NCBI GenBank assembly: GCA_016788185.1 | Contig: JAEUTF010000183.1 | Location: 7,152 to 71,151 of the forward strand | Direction: 5' to 3' | DNA from: Bacteroidia bacterium | Lineage (GTDB): Bacteria > Bacteroidota > Bacteroidia > AKYH767-A > OLB10 | DNA: 64,000 nucleotides | Shown here: positions 55,694-64,000 of the stretch, piece after piece | Layout of the letters: each line of letters begins with the position of its first letter | Position numbering within the stretch: the first letter of the stretch is position 1 | The notes under the pieces: model-generated | What the model was told of the DNA's origin: nothing | Databases searched by the model: none | Seen by the model: only the letters and a program-made list of their open reading frames with translations | Translations under genes and position numbers: made by a program

Positions 55694-57346
55694 TCAACCT
55701 TCTGGAAAGAGGGAAGTAAACCGGAAACTGGTTCCGTCAAAAAGGCCCTTGTCGCTGAGTTTAAGTTGCGGGATGACCAGCAAGGCCATAAAGGAAAGGC
55801 TCATGTACGGTGCACGCAGCCGGGAGCCCATTTGCCGGGCTTTGTGGTCGATGTCGGCGTAAGCGCTGCCGATGGTATGGCAGTCCTGGTCGCTCATCAG
55901 ACCGGCCACCGGCAAGGCGATGACCATCTCTTCGGGACCGTCAACCAGGCTCAATCCTCCGGTATGTGCGACCAGCAGGTTGACCGCCCGGCAGATGGAT
56001 TCGTCATCAGCACCCACCACAATGATGTTGTGCGAGTCATGAGCCACGCTGGAGGCGATGGCTCCTCGTTCGAGTCCGAAATTTTTAATGAAGGCACAGG
56101 CCGGCTTTTCTTTGGCATATCGGTTCACCACAGCAATCTTTAAGATATCACGACCGGTGTCGGGTACGAGGTAACCGTTTTCAGAGGTGGCCTGTACCAC
56201 ACTTTCTCCGGTGATCAGTTGTCCGTCATACACTTCAATCAGTCGGATCTTTTCAGATGGTGCCGGAATGCGGAAGTCATCGGCCCTGGTCAGCGTGGTG
56301 TGGAAGTGATTCACCAGCGCATGCGCCTTGGGCGGCAGGATCGATTTTCCGTGTTCGGCTACACAAACCCCGTTGATGTAAGTTTTTTCAATCCTGAAAT
56401 CACTCAGGTTTCGGGTCAGGATGAAGTCGGCCGGATCACCAGGTTGCAGCAGACCCACCGGAAGTTTGTAATGTAAAACCGGATGGATGCAGGCGGCATA
56501 GAGTATGTCGAAGAGTTCATATCCCAGGGCCACCGATCGGGCTACCAGCTGGTTGATATGCCCGATCAGTAATTCATCGGGATGCTTGTCGTCGCTGCAG
56601 AACATGCACTGGGCAGGGTGTGTGCCCAGCAGGGGATGCAGCGCATCGAAATTCCGCGCGGCCGATCCTTCCCTGATCAGGATCTTCATGCCATGTCCGA
56701 TTTTTCCCAGCGCCTCCTCCAGGGTGAAGCATTCGTGATCTGTGCTGATGCCTGCTCCGATATAGCGTTTTGCGTCCTCGCCTTTAAGGCCCGGCGCATG
56801 TCCGTCAACCGGTTTGCCATAGCGTCGGGCCATCTTGATCTTTTCCATCACCTCCTCATCGCCGCTGAGGACACCGGGATAATTCATCATTTCACTGAGG
56901 TAGAGGATGTCGTCGCGTTGCAGCAATGATTCCACTTCCTTTGGTCCGAGCCGGGCGCCGGCACTTTCAAAGGAGGTGGCCGGAACACAGGAGGGTGCCC
57001 CGAAATTGAATTTAAGAAAGGCGCCTCGGGCATTCTCAAGCATGTAATGTACACCGTCCAGTCCCATGACATTGGCGATCTCATGCGGGTCGCTTACAGT
57101 AGCCACCGTACCGTGCACCAGAGCGATCCGGGCGAATTCATACGGTACCAGCATCGAACTTTCAATGTGAATGTGTGCATCAATGAAACCGGGAAGGATA
57201 AATAAATCTTCTTCCACCGCTGCATCTTCGAATGAAATAATTTTTCCGTTTTCAATGTGAAAATGGCCTGGCCTGATCCGGCGCTGAAGGATATCAAGCC
57301 ATTTGCCACTGAGCCTTGTGGTAAGGGGAGTCTGCTGTTTGTTCAT
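55694..57346 (-). CDS. ade: Adenine deaminase (amidohydrolase superfamily)
   Basis: 550 aa with FIDAHIHIESSM metal-binding motif and the adenine deaminase C-terminal domain. Confidence 0.85.
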   Translation of the reverse strand: MNKQQTPLTTRLSGKWLDILQRRIRPGHFHIENGKIISFEDAAVEEDLFILPGFIDAHIHIESSMLVPYEFARIALVHGTVATVSDPHEIANVMGLDGVHYMLENARGAFLKFNFGAPSCVPATSFESAGARLGPKEVESLLQRDDILYLSEMMNYPGVLSGDEEVMEKIKMARRYGKPVDGHAPGLKGEDAKRYIGAGISTDHECFTLEEALGKIGHGMKILIREGSAARNFDALHPLLGTHPAQCMFCSDDKHPDELLIGHINQLVARSVALGYELFDILYAACIHPVLHYKLPVGLLQPGDPADFILTRNLSDFRIEKTYINGVCVAEHGKSILPPKAHALVNHFHTTLTRADDFRIPAPSEKIRLIEVYDGQLITGESVVQATSENGYLVPDTGRDILKIAVVNRYAKEKPACAFIKNFGLERGAIASSVAHDSHNIIVVGADDESICRAVNLLVAHTGGLSLVDGPEEMVIALPVAGLMSDQDCHTIGSAYADIDHKARQMGSRLRAPYMSLSFMALLVIPQLKLSDKGLFDGTSFRFTSLFPEG

Positions 57347-57423
57347 GGATTCACAAAGGTATTCGGCTGAATGTCATACTGTATTTTTTTCTGGCATTTG
57401 AAAAAAACAGGTCGGGAATCTGA

Positions 57424-57449
57424 TTTTGATAAAATTTTACTTATTTTTG
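57424..57449 (+). promoter_or_regulatory. Candidate Bacteroidota-type promoter for cspA (TTG...N...TATTTTTG)
   Basis: TATTTTTG at 57442-57449 matches the Bacteroidota -7 consensus TAnnTTTG exactly. A TTG lies about 16 nt upstream. The motif is about 29 nt upstream of the cspA ATG in an AT-rich intergenic region. Confidence 0.35.
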
Positions 57450-57477
57450 TAGGACATTCAATTATTAATTCATTTAA

Positions 57478-57672
57478 ATGAAAACAGGTAAAGTTAAGTT
57501 CTTCAATGAAGCCAAGGGATATGGTTTTATTGTTGAGGATGAATCCAACAAGGAAATCTTCGTGCATCACAGTGGCCTCACTGACAAAGTTCGTGAAAAC
57601 GACAATGTGAGTTACGAGGTGATTGAAGGCCGTAAAGGTCTCAATGCTGTGAACGTTAAAAAAGTGCAATAG
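57478..57672 (+). CDS. cspA: Cold-shock protein (CspA family)
   Basis: 64 aa. MKTGKVKFFNEAKGYGFI carries the RNP1 motif. Confidence 0.9.
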   Translation: MKTGKVKFFNEAKGYGFIVEDESNKEIFVHHSGLTDKVRENDNVSYEVIEGRKGLNAVNVKKVQ

Positions 57673-57690
57673 TTTGTAGCTTCTAACGTG

Positions 57691-57725
57691 AAAATCCCGC
57701 CTCAACAGCGGGATTTTTCTTTTGG
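57691..57725 (+). terminator. Rho-independent terminator after cspA
   Basis: A 10-bp perfect stem AAAATCCCGC / GCGGGATTTT with a 7-nt loop, followed by TTCTTTTGG. Confidence 0.75.
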
Positions 57726-57805
57726 TCCCGATCCGCCTTTCTTCTGTTTTGAACACCGGATGGTAACACGGTTTTTTATTTGCCGGCTTGATTATTTTTG
57801 TCCTG

Positions 57806-59914
57806 ATGCATGCCTCCGATTTCCTCGATACCAAGATTGAATACCTGAAAGGGGTGGGGCCGCAACGTGCCGAATTGCTGCGTAAGGAACTGGGCATTTC
57901 GGATTTTGCCGGTTTGCTGAATCATTATCCTTTTCGCTACGTCGACCGTTCTAAATTTCACAGTATATCCAACCTCACCGAAGATCTGCCCTATGTACAG
58001 GTGAAAGGCACCATTTCCAGGATCAGCGTGCACGGCGGAAAACGTCCGTCAAGGATGACGGCCATCGTCAGTGACGGCACCGGTCAGTTGGAACTGGTGT
58101 GGTTCAAGGGCATTCGCTGGTTCAGGGATTCGATCAAGGCCGGCACCGAGTACATTGTTTTCGGCAAACCCGGTTTTTTCAACGGCCGCTTCAACATGAT
58201 CCACCCGGAAATGGAAGAGGCGGCCAAGGCAGAGCAGCAGATGGGACCTTCGCTCACGGGGGTATACAGCACGACCGAAAAGTGCAGAACCAGCGGGCTG
58301 GACTCAAAAGGGATTCAGAGACTGGTGAAAACGCTGCTGCTGCAGTGGAAATCCCCCCTGCCTGAAACCCTTAATTCGGATATTCTTCAGCGTTATAAAC
58401 TCATTCCGCTGCGGGAGGCCATCACCGGCATCCACCTCCCGGCCGGCGAACAGCAATTGGCGGCGGCACAATACCGGCTGAAGTTCGACGAACTTTTTTT
58501 TATACAACTGCGGCTGCTCAAAGCCAAATGGAGCCGTCAGCAGGCGTATAAGGGGAAGCCGGTTGATAAAATAGGAGAGGTCTTCAATGTCTTTTACAAC
58601 ACGCACCTTCCTTTTGAACTGACCGGCGCGCAGAAGCGGGTCCTGAAGGAGATCCGTCAGGACATGGGCAGCGGCAAACAGATGAACCGCCTCCTGCAGG
58701 GCGATGTGGGGAGTGGAAAAACCATGGTGGCCCTGCTGAGCATGCTGATGGTGCTGGATAACGGGTACCAGGCCTGTTTGATGGCGCCGACCGAGATTCT
58801 CGCCAACCAGCATTTTCAGTCGATTACGGAAGCTCTCCGTGAGATGGACATCCGCGTGGGTCTGCTGACCGGAAGTACAAAGTCTTCCCACCGTAAGTTC
58901 CTGCTCGAGGAATTGAACGCGGGAAGATTGCAGATCCTGGTCGGTACGCATGCACTCATCGAAGACCGGGTGCAGTTCAGCAACCTCGGTCTCGTGGTAA
59001 TCGATGAACAGCACCGCTTTGGCGTGCAGCAGCGTGCCCGCTTGTGGAAGAAGGATGAACTGGTGCCGCATGTGCTGGTGATGACCGCAACACCCATTCC
59101 CCGCACGCTCGCCATGACGCTCTACGGCGACCTCGATACCTCCGTAATCGACGAGCTGCCTCCCGGAAGAAAACCCATCCGCACCATTCACCGCACCGAA
59201 GATCATCGTCTTGCAGTTTTCGGATTCCTGAAAGAAGAAATTGCAAAAGGTCGCCAGGTGTACATCGTATATCCCCTGATTGAAGAGTCTGAAAAACTGG
59301 ATTACACCAACCTGATGCAGGGGTATGATACCATTTGTCGTGAATTTCCTTTGCCGCAGTATCAGGTGAGCATCGTGAACGGCAGGATGAAGGCTGCCGA
59401 CAAGGATTTTGAAATGAACCGCTTTAAAGAAGGGAAGGCGCACATCATGGTGGCCACCACGGTGATTGAAGTGGGAGTGAACGTACCCAATGCATCGGTG
59501 ATGGTCATCGAAAGTGCGGAACGCTTCGGGCTCTCCCAATTGCATCAGCTCAGGGGACGGGTAGGCCGCGGCGCCGAACAAAGTTTTTGCATCCTGATGA
59601 CCGGCAGTAAAATCGGCAACGATGCCCGTCTCCGTATGCGGACCATGTGTGATACCAACGATGGTTTTAAAATCGCGGAGGTGGATCTCGAACTTCGTGG
59701 CCCGGGGGATCTGGCCGGCACCCAGCAAAGTGGTGTTCTGGATTTACAGATTGCCAACCTGGCCAAAGACCAGCGTATTTTGGAATTGGCCCGGGAGGCG
59801 GCTATCGCCGTGCTCAGCAAGGATGAAAGACTGATGTTGCCTGAAAACAGCATGCTGGCAAATCAGTTGAAGCGGATGGACGAAGCGGACGCGAACTACA
59901 GCCGGGTAAGTTGA
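57806..59914 (+). CDS. recG: ATP-dependent DNA helicase RecG
   Basis: About 702 aa. There is a wedge domain, Walker A (GDVGSGKT) and DEQH-like helicase motifs. The ATG at 57806 was preferred over the TTG track start at 57788. A TATTTTTG motif at 57793-57800 sits just upstream. Confidence 0.9.
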   Translation: MHASDFLDTKIEYLKGVGPQRAELLRKELGISDFAGLLNHYPFRYVDRSKFHSISNLTEDLPYVQVKGTISRISVHGGKRPSRMTAIVSDGTGQLELVWFKGIRWFRDSIKAGTEYIVFGKPGFFNGRFNMIHPEMEEAAKAEQQMGPSLTGVYSTTEKCRTSGLDSKGIQRLVKTLLLQWKSPLPETLNSDILQRYKLIPLREAITGIHLPAGEQQLAAAQYRLKFDELFFIQLRLLKAKWSRQQAYKGKPVDKIGEVFNVFYNTHLPFELTGAQKRVLKEIRQDMGSGKQMNRLLQGDVGSGKTMVALLSMLMVLDNGYQACLMAPTEILANQHFQSITEALREMDIRVGLLTGSTKSSHRKFLLEELNAGRLQILVGTHALIEDRVQFSNLGLVVIDEQHRFGVQQRARLWKKDELVPHVLVMTATPIPRTLAMTLYGDLDTSVIDELPPGRKPIRTIHRTEDHRLAVFGFLKEEIAKGRQVYIVYPLIEESEKLDYTNLMQGYDTICREFPLPQYQVSIVNGRMKAADKDFEMNRFKEGKAHIMVATTVIEVGVNVPNASVMVIESAERFGLSQLHQLRGRVGRGAEQSFCILMTGSKIGNDARLRMRTMCDTNDGFKIAEVDLELRGPGDLAGTQQSGVLDLQIANLAKDQRILELAREAAIAVLSKDERLMLPENSMLANQLKRMDEADANYSRVS

Positions 59915-59993
59915 GTTGTATGCCGGGGTGGTGTACAGTCCGGATGATGTCTGCATACCGAAGAAAAAAGGATTAAAGTGGTCCGGCCCGAAA

Positions 59994-60473
59994 TTATTTT
60001 TTCTCAATCAGGCAAACGGCATAAGCCGCAATGCCCTCCTCACGGCCTACATAGCCCATCTTTTCATTGGTGGTGGCTTTGATGCTGATGTCGTCGTCTG
60101 TGATCTTCAAAATGGGCGCCAGCGTATTCCGCATCTGGTCGATGTAAGGCTTGACCTTGGGTTGCTCCAGCACCAGCGAAGCATCCACATTCCCCACGAT
60201 AAACCCTTTTTGCATCAGCAGTTCCACCACCCGTTCCAGTAAAATTTTACTGTCAATGCCCTTGTATTCGGCAGAGGTATCGGGGAAGTAGGTGCCGATG
60301 TCTTTCAATCCGGCGGCGCCCAGCAGCGCATCGCAAATCGCATGAATGAGGGCATCCGCATCCGAATGGCCAAGTGCTCCTTTGGTATGCGGAATCAGAA
60401 CGCCACCAACGTACAAATCGCGGCCCTCCTGAAGCTGGTGAACATCAAAGCCGAAACCAACCCGTATTCTCAT
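59994..60473 (-). CDS. ispF: 2-C-methyl-D-erythritol 2,4-cyclodiphosphate synthase
   Basis: 159 aa with DVHQL and GHSDAD motifs. Confidence 0.9.
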   Translation of the reverse strand: MRIRVGFGFDVHQLQEGRDLYVGGVLIPHTKGALGHSDADALIHAICDALLGAAGLKDIGTYFPDTSAEYKGIDSKILLERVVELLMQKGFIVGNVDASLVLEQPKVKPYIDQMRNTLAPILKITDDDISIKATTNEKMGYVGREEGIAAYAVCLIEKK

Positions 60474-60494
60474 GTCAAAAGCAGGGGGTCGGGA

Positions 60495-61706
60495 TTATTC
60501 AGCGTTTTCTTCTTTGTCATTGCTTCCGCTCATGGCGTCGAAATCAAAAGTCAGCGTGAAGTGAAGCGTATTTTCAAGCGGGTTGCGCTGGTCGGTCGGG
60601 ATCAGGTAAGCCAGATCGATGCCGAAGACATTGTAACGCAGACCGGCACCCAGTGTAAAATACTTGCGGTTGCCTTTGCGCTTGTCTTCATAGAAGTAAC
60701 CGCCGCGGAAGGCGAACTGGTTGTCGTACCAGTACTCAATGCCAAAGCCAAGGTTGATTTCCTGTAATTCTTCCTTGAAGCCATTGGGAGCATCGCTGAA
60801 GGACTGGAAAATACCCTGCGCCACGCTGACGTCAGGATCCTGCCCGTAAAGAATAATGTTGTCGGCACTGTTGGCCGTGTCCTGGGTGTAAATGGGAGGC
60901 GTAGGCACCAGGAGTTTGTTGATGTCGAGCATGAACGAAAGGTCGTTGTACTCATTGAGCTTCAGTTTCAGTCCCGGACCCAGACGCAGGTTGGTCGGAA
61001 TGAAGTTTTTTACACCCGATTCGGTATAGGAAATTTTAGCGCCGATGTTGGAGATGTTCAGGCCGCTCATGAACACGGCGTCTTTGTTTCCGATTTCAAT
61101 TTCTTTCTGGAAGAAAACGGAAACGTCGGCAGCCACGGTATTGCCGGCTTTGGAATCCTGACCTTCTACCTGGGTACCGCCGGTAAGGTTGGAGTGAATG
61201 AAACGAAGGGCGATACCTCCGGAGAAATAATCGCTGAGTTTGCGGGAGTAGGCCACGTCAAAGGCGAATTCGTTGGGTTTGAAATCGCGGATGGTGTTGC
61301 CGTTGACGTCGGTGAAGGTGATGTTGCCCAAAGAGAAATACCGCAGCGAAGCACCCAGGGCCTGGTCGCCTTTCATTTTGGTATAGCCTGAAAGGTAGGC
61401 GATGAACATATCATTGACCAGGGCACGCAGCCAGGGGGTGTAGGACACCCCGAAGCCCATTTTCTTTTCGGCAAAAGCCAGCTTGGCCGGATTCCAGTGG
61501 ATACAATTCGCGTCGGGTGAAGAGGCGACCCCCTGATCGCCCATTCCGCCCGCCCGGGCATCCGGGGAAATCAGTACAAAGGGCACAGCAGTCGTGATGG
61601 TATTGATCTGGCCCAGCAAATTGGTGTTTTGCCCTGATGATGGAAGCGTTTTAAGCAGTAAAAATGCCGGAATGAAGAGGAATTTTTTCAGGTCTTTATT
61701 CATCAT
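60495..61706 (-). CDS. porV: Type IX secretion system outer-membrane shuttle protein PorV (LptO)-like, FadL-like beta-barrel
   Basis: 403 aa with signal peptide, located immediately downstream of porU on the same strand in the conserved porU-porV arrangement. Family recalled, not searched. Confidence 0.6.
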   Translation of the reverse strand: MMNKDLKKFLFIPAFLLLKTLPSSGQNTNLLGQINTITTAVPFVLISPDARAGGMGDQGVASSPDANCIHWNPAKLAFAEKKMGFGVSYTPWLRALVNDMFIAYLSGYTKMKGDQALGASLRYFSLGNITFTDVNGNTIRDFKPNEFAFDVAYSRKLSDYFSGGIALRFIHSNLTGGTQVEGQDSKAGNTVAADVSVFFQKEIEIGNKDAVFMSGLNISNIGAKISYTESGVKNFIPTNLRLGPGLKLKLNEYNDLSFMLDINKLLVPTPPIYTQDTANSADNIILYGQDPDVSVAQGIFQSFSDAPNGFKEELQEINLGFGIEYWYDNQFAFRGGYFYEDKRKGNRKYFTLGAGLRYNVFGIDLAYLIPTDQRNPLENTLHFTLTFDFDAMSGSNDKEENAE

Positions 61707-61809
61707 TGTATTTGTTTTTCCTTTTGCGTTGCCCGTCGAATGCCAGCCCCTGAAAGGAAGGATGGCAAATATAACGAATATTAGATGCTAAATGTTACCA
61801 GATTGTTGC

Positions 61810-64000
61810 TTAACGCAGCAAAACCAGGCGCTCCATTTTTTGGGCGGTTTCACCTTCCGCCGTTCTGATTCTCAGGCGGTAAAGATAAACGCCACGGGCC
61901 AGCTGATCGCCGAAATCATCTTTGCCATCCCATTCCACTGCGGTATTCCGGAAACCCTCGCAAACCTGGTAGGCATCAATGGTCTTCACCAGTTTTCCGC
62001 TTACCGTATAGATCTGTACCTGGATGGCCATGCCGGTGCAGGGCCGGTTGTGTTCAAACATGAACTGGGTCTTCGTGGTGAAGGGGTTGGGATAATTCAA
62101 TACCCTGTTCAGCGCCAGTCCGGCCGAAGAACTGACCACGAATTCGGTGGTGGCCTCCGACGAGTTATTGTTGATGTCCCATGCTTTAAAAGTGACGGTG
62201 TGCAGCCCTTCCGCCAGCTCATCCAGCGGAAAAAGTACTCTGCCTTTCTGGTAACTGTCCAGGTCCGATTCGTAGTAATCGTTCAGTACATACAATTGCT
62301 GTGGTTTGCCGTCGATTTGTGCGGTTATATCATGGCCGATCCCATTCCCCACCGTATTGATACCGCTCGAATCAAAAAGAATGGCATAGATGCTGGGCGC
62401 GGCATTGGTCATGCTGCCATAGATAAAATTTTCATCGTTCATGAACAAACGGATCTGCGGTCCGGCCTGATCCTGCAGGGCATTGTTGGAGGATCCGCCG
62501 ATGTAAAAACTTTCGTTGTATCCCTGTGCGTCCTCTTCGCCGTTGTGTGCATAATAACTGAGCCGTCCCGTACCGTATTGAAAGGAGATGTCTTTGGGAA
62601 CAATAAAAGAGCAGCTGAATTCGCCGTTTTTCACGCTGGCTTTTCCTTTGTAAAGGATGTTTTTGCGCAGGTTGAAACTGTCGGGAATGCTGATGTCATT
62701 GCCGGTAACGTCATTGACCACATTGTATATTTTGGAGCTTTTGTCGTAAATGGTCGGATACACCACGCCGTTAAATCCGCTCAGGGTGCTTCCGGATGCA
62801 TCGGTCACCTTTCCTTTCACGGTAACGCGGCTGAGCGCTGACATCGTGTCCAGCGCGACTCCGCTTCCGCTTTCTTCAATCGATACGGTTTGCACTTTGT
62901 ATTTCGGATAGGCCAGCAACAAGGCGGGATCACCCAACAAGGTCACGTTGCGGTTGGAGGGGTTGTCGCGCTTGGAGAGTCTTTGGATATCACCAGTTCT
63001 CGGCATCAGTCCGTTGATCGGTGTGAAAAAATGATGCATCATGTCGGTGTTGATGAGTTCATTGTCGATGGCAAAGGTCAGCCTGACGGTGGTGAAAAGA
63101 CAGATGCCGCCTCCGCTTTCGTTCAGAAGCACAAACTCACCGGCCGATGTGCGTTGTGGATCATCGTAGCGGCTGAACTCGCAGGTGGCTGTCACAAAAG
63201 CGGGCATGTTGTTGAGATTCCGCCAGCTGTTAATCATGTCATTGTTTAGAATGGATTCCGCCGCCCATCCCAACTCGCCGCCATGTCCGGTATAGTTCAT
63301 CAGCAGGGCTCCCTTTTCGACTCGCTTGGAAATGGCATCGTTCACATCCGGATACCGTTGACCTCCGGGGGTGGATATCTGCTGGTAAGCATCGGAATTT
63401 ATTTTGTCAATGTTGTAAACCGGCTGGTTTTGCTGTACAATCGCCGCGATCCTTTCGCTCTGTCGTTGGTGCAGGTTGCGATCCTGGTCGTCGGAAACAA
63501 AGCAGAGCATGTTGCGCCAGTCGCCCAGGCGGGTGCTGTTGGTGCCGGCGCAGAAAGTCTGGTCGGTGATGGTGCCGGCGGTGGAGTAGGTGATGATTTT
63601 ATCCACCATTTCGCGTGCTTCTTCGAGTGTGCGCACGGGCAGGCGTCCCACACCGGCATCCATCAGTTCAGGGCCGTTCAGTGTTCCTTCGTTGGCATCC
63701 AGCAGCCCGAAAAAATCATCGGAGGTATAGGATACCAGAAGAGAAACGGAGTTGTCGGACTGAAAACAGGGGATGTAATTGGTGTTGCCTCCGATCCGGT
63801 ATTTGGGATCATAGGATCCGTCGCCGATCAGTAAAACGTATTTTGGTAATTCGGCCGCGCTGCTGGCCCTTTCGTAAAACATCCTCACAAAATCGCGGAT
63901 GGCGGCCACATCCTGCGCACCCGAAGAGAATTCGTTAAAGACCTGCCGGCTGCTGACCACGATGCTGCTCAGATTGTCTTGGTCGCGGTGAAAGGCCGCC
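61810..64000 (-). CDS. porU: Type IX secretion C-terminal signal peptidase PorU-like (gingipain/C25-like), 3' part; the ORF is open to the window end
   Basis: The frame stays open from 63960 to 64000. The C-terminal beta-sandwich CTD-like domain (VQIYTVSGKLVKTIDAYQ...GVYLYRLRIRT) and the porV gene downstream support the call. Confidence 0.6.
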   Translation of the reverse strand, partial: AAFHRDQDNLSSIVVSSRQVFNEFSSGAQDVAAIRDFVRMFYERASSAAELPKYVLLIGDGSYDPKYRIGGNTNYIPCFQSDNSVSLLVSYTSDDFFGLLDANEGTLNGPELMDAGVGRLPVRTLEEAREMVDKIITYSTAGTITDQTFCAGTNSTRLGDWRNMLCFVSDDQDRNLHQRQSERIAAIVQQNQPVYNIDKINSDAYQQISTPGGQRYPDVNDAISKRVEKGALLMNYTGHGGELGWAAESILNNDMINSWRNLNNMPAFVTATCEFSRYDDPQRTSAGEFVLLNESGGGICLFTTVRLTFAIDNELINTDMMHHFFTPINGLMPRTGDIQRLSKRDNPSNRNVTLLGDPALLLAYPKYKVQTVSIEESGSGVALDTMSALSRVTVKGKVTDASGSTLSGFNGVVYPTIYDKSSKIYNVVNDVTGNDISIPDSFNLRKNILYKGKASVKNGEFSCSFIVPKDISFQYGTGRLSYYAHNGEEDAQGYNESFYIGGSSNNALQDQAGPQIRLFMNDENFIYGSMTNAAPSIYAILFDSSGINTVGNGIGHDITAQIDGKPQQLYVLNDYYESDLDSYQKGRVLFPLDELAEGLHTVTFKAWDINNNSSEATTEFVVSSSAGLALNRVLNYPNPFTTKTQFMFEHNRPCTGMAIQVQIYTVSGKLVKTIDAYQVCEGFRNTAVEWDGKDDFGDQLARGVYLYRLRIRTAEGETAQKMERLVLLR

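Noticed and set aside
1-64000. Searched for mobile elements, CRISPR arrays, tRNA/rRNA genes and defence systems (restriction-modification, toxin-antitoxin)
   Set aside because: No integrase or transposase-like ORFs, no regularly spaced repeats, no tRNA cloverleaf candidates and no recognisable RM/TA gene pairs were seen by eye. The window appears to be chromosomal housekeeping plus envelope functions.

Overview
The window is a gene-dense, roughly 55-58% GC stretch of chromosome that looks Bacteroidota-like, and the synteny resembles Chitinophagaceae or Sphingobacteriia. Supporting features are a candidate Bacteroidota TAnnTTTG -7 promoter element upstream of cspA, T9SS genes, SusC-like TonB receptor architecture, and the purH-mreBCD-mrdA-rodA order. 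I found no tRNA, rRNA, CRISPR, transposase or integrase, so this is core or shell genome rather than a mobile island. Contents in order: (1) 1-1433, the 5' part of a multiheme c-type cytochrome; (2) an M42 peptidase, pyruvate kinase with a coupled IPExxxVDY-like gene, tadA, an orphan receiver-only response regulator, a bacilliredoxin-like CGC protein, plsC and PAP2 lipid genes, and trpS; (3) a 10-gene co-directional nucleotide-sugar precursor operon at 10.7-21.4 kb on the minus strand; (4) waaA/kdtA and the cell-elongation cluster purH-mreB-mreC-mreD-mrdA-rodA plus a coupled secreted unknown; (5) a T9SS cargo with a PQQ-type beta-propeller, and the hmgA-hppD tyrosine catabolism pair; (6) the most interesting block at 36.7-46.3 kb, holding a DUF5689-like repeat lipoprotein, a TonB-dependent receptor and a secreted EEP nuclease around a perfect palindromic operator, followed by SixA-like phosphatase, a histone-H1-like K/A-rich protein, ppk1 and ppx; (7) sprT-like, feoAB with a Fur-like palindrome, mlaEF, an L,D-transpeptidase, an ECF sigma with an unusual anti-sigma-like partner carrying a C-terminal beta-barrel-like domain, adenine deaminase, cspA, recG and ispF; (8) porV and the 3' part of porU at the window end. 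Many first Ms in the supplied ORF track are TTG or GTG codons, so I re-set starts to the in-frame ATGs I could verify in the sequence. No homology searches could be run, so all family calls rest on motifs and recollection and are flagged as such.
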